From contig BDGG01000004.1 of the NCBI GenBank assembly GCA_001949185.1, positions 1,141,620-1,205,619 of the forward strand: 64,000 nt of DNA, read 5' to 3'. The notes beneath the pieces were generated by a model. The model was not told where the DNA came from and did no database searches. It was given only the letters and a program-made list of their open reading frames with translations. The stretch's first letter is position 1; each line of letters starts with the position of its first letter. The position numbers were made by a program, and so were the translations under genes. The stretch comes from Ramazzottius varieornatus. Taxonomy: Eukaryota > Animalia > Tardigrada. Positions 57,768 through 64,000 of this stretch are shown here, in pieces.

Positions 57768-60700
57768 TCAGCCCCCTTGCGAGACTGTCTGGTCCGGTAG
57801 GATATCATCGTCTACAGCCAGGTGTGGAGGAGGTTCCAGTACTACCACACGACCCTCGGAAAGACTGAGAAAAGACTCGACATCCGACGTGACTGTCGGG
57901 AGTACCAGCGTACTCCCAGCCCGACTCGCCCGCCAGTTTGCGATAGCTTCAACGTCTTTGTTCAGCGACAACGGACCTTTCTCCCCTTTCTCTTTCTTCA
58001 CGTAGCTCTGGCACTCTTTGTCATAGTACAATGGTACTATACCCAGCTCGCCGTCGAAACGGTTTTTTGCTACTTGGATGTACCGTTTGCCTTGCAGCAG
58101 CCCCGATTTACCTTTGTTGTTCTGCAGAATCAAGATGTTGTCGGCTTCTTGGCTGGCTTTCGCACCACCGTAGATGGACTGTATACTCAACTCCACGTTA
58201 TCCAGTTCCTAACAAAGGAACCTTTTATGCCTGAAGGACCACAATTATTACAAGCCGAATGAATCAAGCATAAGCCTGACACATCATACACCTGCGTACA
58301 CTCCCATCATGAGAGTTGGATGTCTCTCTGTACGTAGGCACATGATCGGATAGTTGACCTTGTCCACCGGCGTTCGAACAAGGTTCTGAAAGCGTTTTAA
58401 CCCGTGCGTAAAAAAACATAGTACCTTTCGTGGATGGACAACGAGGCTTATGTGGCAGTCGTACGCGGTGGCGAAGCGACGAAAGCCTTCGATGATCTGG
58501 TCCTGTCGTAATATCTTGTCGTACAGCCCTTTGAAGTTGCCGGCTCCCATCATGAATTGTAGATTGTCAACCACGATGTGCTCTATATCGTGAACGTATA
58601 CGGCATGCTGCATAGCCTAGAAACAAAGATCACAGTCATATCCCTGTTTTCCGCGAAAGAAAACAACTTCTACTACGGGTTACGGTGCTTACATCTAACA
58701 CGTTTTCCATGCTTTCTTGACCATGAAAAGCCATAAAGTACATGGAGAGCTGCTCGAACCGGTCTGCCCAATAATCGAATTCGCTCACATATCGCTGCAT
58801 TGACTTTCTGAAACATAAACAAGCTAACCACCTCTCCGACTTTCGGCTTCGAAAAAGGATAATACGATACGCACCTGCTGAACTGATTCAGCATTGTCTT
58901 GACTAAGCGAGAGTTCCGTATTTCAAAACTTCCCCACAACGTCCGTACCTGCAAGGATTCATAAAGGGTCCGGACCCACTGCCAAATACGCATAAAAGGA
59001 CAGTGAAGTTAACTTACGCCTTGCACGCAGAGATCGAGCGAATACTCGCTCAGAAATGTTGTTTTTCCACAGCCCGTTGGTCCAGTTAGGATGGTAAGTT
59101 CGCCTCGCCTGTGGCCTTTCACTATACGATTGAGCATGGGAAACCTTTTCCACTACAATATAAAATTCAAAAACTATTCAGTAACGTATTATCTTCAAAC
59201 ACACCTGGCTCGCCCCTGACCTACCCGTAGCCCGGTCGATTCTTCAACACTGGACAGCTCATTCAGGACCTCTTGCCGGAAGCTGCCGAACTGAATGACA
59301 GCTTTGTGCGTGACAGGTCTTGCACCGTCCAGGATAGTCTTGAGGTTCTTGCCTTTCTGGTAAGCCGGCAAAGCTCGAAGCTGGACAATTTCCGGTCTAT
59401 AATGACAGAAAAACTACTTACTGCACAAGGTAAACCACGGAACATCTATTCAGTCATCTAAAGCATAACTCTGAGTTCGGATAATTCTCTACGAAACTTA
59501 CGATATTAGAAAGCATCGCACTTCCACTAGCTTCCTTGTAAAAAGCTTCGCTGCTTGCCATGCCCGATTTCCGCCACCACTTAGCCATAGTACAATTTTG
59601 TCAAATTGCTCCAGAAGTGGTAAAGTCTAGGAGGACAGCCTCATGGTAATCCGAATAGCCTGCGCAAGCACGAGTGTGCCAGATCCAGTGTACCTCGACT
59701 GGAAGAACGGAGATTCCTTTCGGCAGAGCTACAACGGGCCTTCCGGTCTGCTGGTGGAGGATCATTGCATCAAACTCGTTCGAGGTGATAACCAGCTCTG
59801 ACGCGTCATCCGGTACCAGGTTCCAGCCGAACAAGCCCAGAATCCCACCTTCCCTGAAAATAGAAGGTACCTCACTTCACCACCCGTGCAGATTAATTCT
59901 TTTTACGAGGAACCTTACCGAGGAGAGATCTGCTCGGTGATTGTCAGTTCGTCATGCATCTGCCTCACAATCGTCCGCTTGAAGCCACATGCCTGCCTCT
60001 TCTCCAAATGTTGTCTTGGAAAGTACAGATCCTCCTTGTTGGGATACACTCGAACTCCAAATGACTCCAAAGTTTTCTGCGTGATACCCTATAAGGAAAC
60101 AAACTCTGGTTCATATAGGTACGTGACTAGGTGTATTACGAGAGAGATTCAGTCATTACCTGCATTTGATACAGGGCCACCAGCGATAAAAATTCATCGT
60201 CCGTTAAGGACAGAAGGGAATTAGTTTTCTGTCGTTCTTCTTCGGCGGCGAGACATGATAGTTTGTAGTCCCGTTGAACGGGATCAATAGTAGTGGCTTC
60301 TCTGTAACAGAATGTTACCTCATTATGTTGGACCTAAACTACTTAACACTTATTACCATGATCGTATCTGAGACAAATACGTTTCATCCAGACGCCACAT
60401 ACTTGACAAGATCTTCACCGGCAGATGTATTAGCAGCAGTGAAAGCATCCACATGCTTTTGAAACTGTTGCCATTTGCCCGACCACGCGCATGTCGTACA
60501 CTGGAAGCCGCCGCTGGTCGTGTTGATCAAGATGTTCGCTCCCTCCGACCTGACATCCTTACAGTCCGGTCGGCACTGCTTACAGCGAACCGAGTAACAG
60601 GTGTAACCGGGCTTGTAGACAATATTTTGTAGGCTAAGAAAGTTGCGGATAGCTGACGATGAGACGGATAGACTGTCATGTAGTTCATCGCTGATATCAC

Positions 60701-60845
60701 GGTAGTACGTCCGTCTGCCGTCCGGCATCCGCGGTAGCGGGTTCAGCAGAGGTACCGGATATGCAGATAACTGTAGATTCTGGGGATGATAAAGATATTT
60801 CATGGAGACTTTGGTCACACTCTTCGCCGACAGGATACTCTTCAT
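57768..60845 (-). CDS. TWNK: Twinkle mitochondrial DNA helicase
   Basis: Basic N-terminal targeting peptide, [19 protein letters not shown], Walker [61 protein letters not shown] and KNRFDGELG. Confidence 0.95.
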
Positions 60846-61391
60846 TCCGTCCAACAGGTGATGAACTGCCTCATCACCGTCATGGAATGAACAAGTTATT
60901 TCAGTCGATGCTCCTTTCGATGGCGCTTCCGGCTCTAACGCTCTTCGACTCTTCTGCTCCAGTCGTTCGCGACCTGGAAATCAGAAGACACAAGTTTGAG
61001 TCCCAGGGAAGGAGACAAGACACAGCAAACATCACGGTAAGTTAGTTAACTTTGTCTTTCTGGCAAATTTTGGCGAATGGAAAAACCATGCAAATCAACC
61101 AAGTTTCCAAACAGATGATACGTCACTATCTGCGGAGAGGTTCCACTTGATTAGAGCTGCTCTTGATTAATAGCACGAAACCGTAATTAGCGTTCGACAA
61201 GCTGATTGATTGTTGAGCATCGGTTAAACTTAAAGTCTCAAGTCTTCAGTGCGTCACAACATAAAATATAAAGTTTGCGATTACAGACCGTAAGGAAAAC
61301 TTTTAAGTTAGAAGCATTCCCGTTCTTTCCGGAGAAAGTTGAGAACTCCACCCGTTCTTGCGTCTGGATCTGTAACCTGAAGAAGATCAAC

Positions 61392-63944
61392 ATGGACTGG
61401 TCAAAGAAGCGTCAGACGCCGACACATCGGATCAAAGGGATCGAGTTTGGCGTCTACAGCACCGAGGAGATCCGCAGCCTGAGTATGGTCCAGGTGTCCA
61501 GTCCATCGACCATCGACTTGCTTCAGCGCAAAGTTATAAATGGACCGCATGATCCCAAACTAGGTGAGATTCGTCTGAACTTCCGCGACGACACATGGAG
61601 CATTAGTTGATAGAATGTATTTTGTAGGTGCTTTCGACCGCGGCGAATTGTGTCCGGTGTGCTATCAGTCTTCACGGTCGTGTCCTGGCCACATGGGCCA
61701 CATCGAGTTTCCGGTTCCCATATTCAACCCGATCTTGTTTCGGACACTCATCAGAGTACGTTGAACATCCCAGCATGCACTTATGATATGGTTCACCGAT
61801 GATTCGGTCTTTATAGATATTACGCGGAAGCTGCGTAAAATGCAAGTTGCTTATATGTGAGCCGGCTTCTGCCGCCGTCTTCCTGCATCAGATGGAAGCT
61901 CTGGACATGGGCCGTCCTGACATTGCTTACAACTTACCGGAACATGCTCACCATTATTTGGTCGAGAACCAAGGCGCACAGCTGGACGATCTGGAGGATC
62001 ATCTGAACGAAGTGTTCACTGAGATGACAGCTCGAGGTACTTTACAAGATCGATTGCGCAACTCTTTTGTTATCATTTGAAACTACGTACATACACCGAA
62101 TTCGTCAATTTTGGCAGATCCGACAACACCTGACAGAGGAGAACACAGTGAGAAGCTGAACCTGCTAGAGGAAAAGCACAAACTCCTGTCTGACTTCATG
62201 CGCCATAAATGGAAGAGTAATCGAACATGTCTGGTATGTAAGGATAGAAACTGGAAACTAAAAGATTACTACGGCAGTAAGATTACTTACACCATTGCCG
62301 AACCCACCAAGTCGAACAAGAAGTCGGGGAAGAAGCCTGCGAAGAAGTCCACAGCGTCTGGCAGCAAACCAGTTACCCGGGCATCAGGAAAGAAACCTGC
62401 TGTCGCCAGTCCCGCAACAGGTGGAGTGACGAACGCGGAACCGGAAGTGGCAGTTGACTCAGCGAAACCACCGAACAGGTACGTCGAAGCTCAGCAGCGT
62501 GTTTGGCAAATAGATCAACAGACGCTCGTTTTGGTTTTTGCAGCAACGCGGACGGCGATAATGACGAGGAAGCGGAAAAAGCGAAGGCGGAAGATGAAGC
62601 TCCGGAAGACTCCTCTGCAGTGGTATGTACTGTGTATAATGCCGATAGAAAATACAGGTTGTATTGCATTCTGGTCAAGACTCATCGAATCAAGAGCGAA
62701 CCAGTTGCTAGTATCGGTTTCTGCAGAAACCGTTGTCTTCGATCGAAGCTAGAGAATATCTTCGGGAAGTTTGGGACAAGAACTCAGCTTTACTACGGCG
62801 GCTCTTCCCGATGTTCGACATGAAAGAAGCTCAGTATCCCACCGATGTACTGTTTATGGAACTGATGTTCATCTCACCTTCCAGATTTCGCCCGGTAAAA
62901 CTTCGGGCAAAAGTCCGCCAGTTTCTTTTTGTTATTTCAATTGCAAAGTAATCTTTTCTCTTTCTCTTCCAGCAACGTTTCGTCAATGAGGAAAAATATT
63001 CGCATGTTCAGACCAAGAACATCGAGCGTATTGTTACCATGTGCCAGAATATCAAAATTCTGAAGAAGATCATTAGAGAAGGCGCGGATGCCAGCCGTAT
63101 TTCTGGAATTGTAAATTTTCTTGAGTTGCCTTTATGTTTCAGTCTAAGGGTAATTTTTATTGATCATGGTTTTTCGTTGTAGTTATTACTAGAGAAGATT
63201 CCCGGCAAAACACTGGAAGCGAAGCTCCAGGAAGCTTCGACGCAGTTGCAGACCTTCGTTAATTCTATCTTCGATGGTGAAACTGACCGCTATAACCCTG
63301 AATACAAGAACGGTGTCAAACAGGTAATTCTCAGTAACTCTTGTGAAAGCAGTTCTGCCAATACTGTAAGCGCTGATTCACTCCTTCTTTTTTCTCGTTA
63401 CAGATCATGGAGAAGAAAGAAGGACTGTTTCGAATGCATATGATGGGCAAACGTGTCAATTATTCGGCTCGTTCCGTAATCTCTCCAGACCCGTACATCA
63501 ACTTGAACGAGATTGGTGTACCGATGGTTTTCGCCACCAAGCTAACCTACCCCGTCTTCGTCACGCCGAACAACCTGCTGACCATGCAAAAGATGGTCAT
63601 GAACGGTCCCGACATCTACCCAGGGTACCCACTACGTAATTTTGGTTCTCCTCGAATTTTTCGTCAGATGGTAGAAATTGTTACGCGAATGGTACAGAAG
63701 TGATACTCAGTGATCATGTTACAGAGCGGTGATGGTTGAGAACGAAGACGGAACGATGATCAGGTTGACCAGTAACGAGAAACAGCGAGCTACGGTAGCA
63801 AAGTCCTTGGCTATTGACGGATCCCAGCGCGGTGGTTTGGCTTCCGGTGGAGGCAAGAAGGTCTACCGGCACTTGCTCAACGGCGATATCATGTTGCTGA
63901 ATCGCCAGCCGACATTGCATAAAACCAGTATTATGGCTCATAAG
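61392..63944 (+). CDS. POLR1A: RNA polymerase I largest subunit (5' part, continues past the right edge)
   Basis: [74 protein letters not shown] and [16 protein letters not shown]. Confidence 0.93.
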
Positions 63945-64000
63945 GTTTTGATTTTCTTACTTTTGTTGTTTTCTGTCGAAGAGGACAAAGGACAGGTTAA

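Overview
Gene-dense, intron-rich metazoan DNA with mostly 55-120 nt GT-AG introns. The organism is inferred, not shown: panarthropod-type gene content (a gustatory-receptor-like 7TM gene, a TM-less CrebA, a spacer-less MADD-4/ADAMTSL) and compact architecture suggest a tardigrade such as Ramazzottius or Hypsibius. I spliced 12 protein-coding genes by hand: RRBP1/kinectin-like (runs off the left edge), CrebA/CREB3L, a gustatory receptor-like gene, kinesin light chain, eIF5, calcineurin B, RECQL5, ADAMTSL/madd-4, a divergent IFT88, a class A bHLH, Twinkle and POLR1A (runs off the right edge). The window also holds a decayed intron-containing pogo/Tigger transposase, a probable piggyBac relic and several MITEs (TA-flanked Tc1/mariner/pogo type, and hAT type with 8-bp TSDs). 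I found no rRNA, tRNA or CRISPR array. Best leads: (1) a 22-residue amphipathic LEA-like repeat block inside an ER-anchored RRBP1-like protein; (2) four poor-context uAUGs ahead of a perfect-Kozak eIF5 start; (3) two frame-preserving extra exons in RECQL5, one apparently a diverged duplicate of the KIX exon; (4) a Twinkle with an intact four-Cys zinc ribbon but degenerate primase motifs; (5) a MITE cluster and a double CRE between the divergent CanB and RECQL5 genes. All exon coordinates and homology calls were made by eye from memory of the families; no database searches were run.
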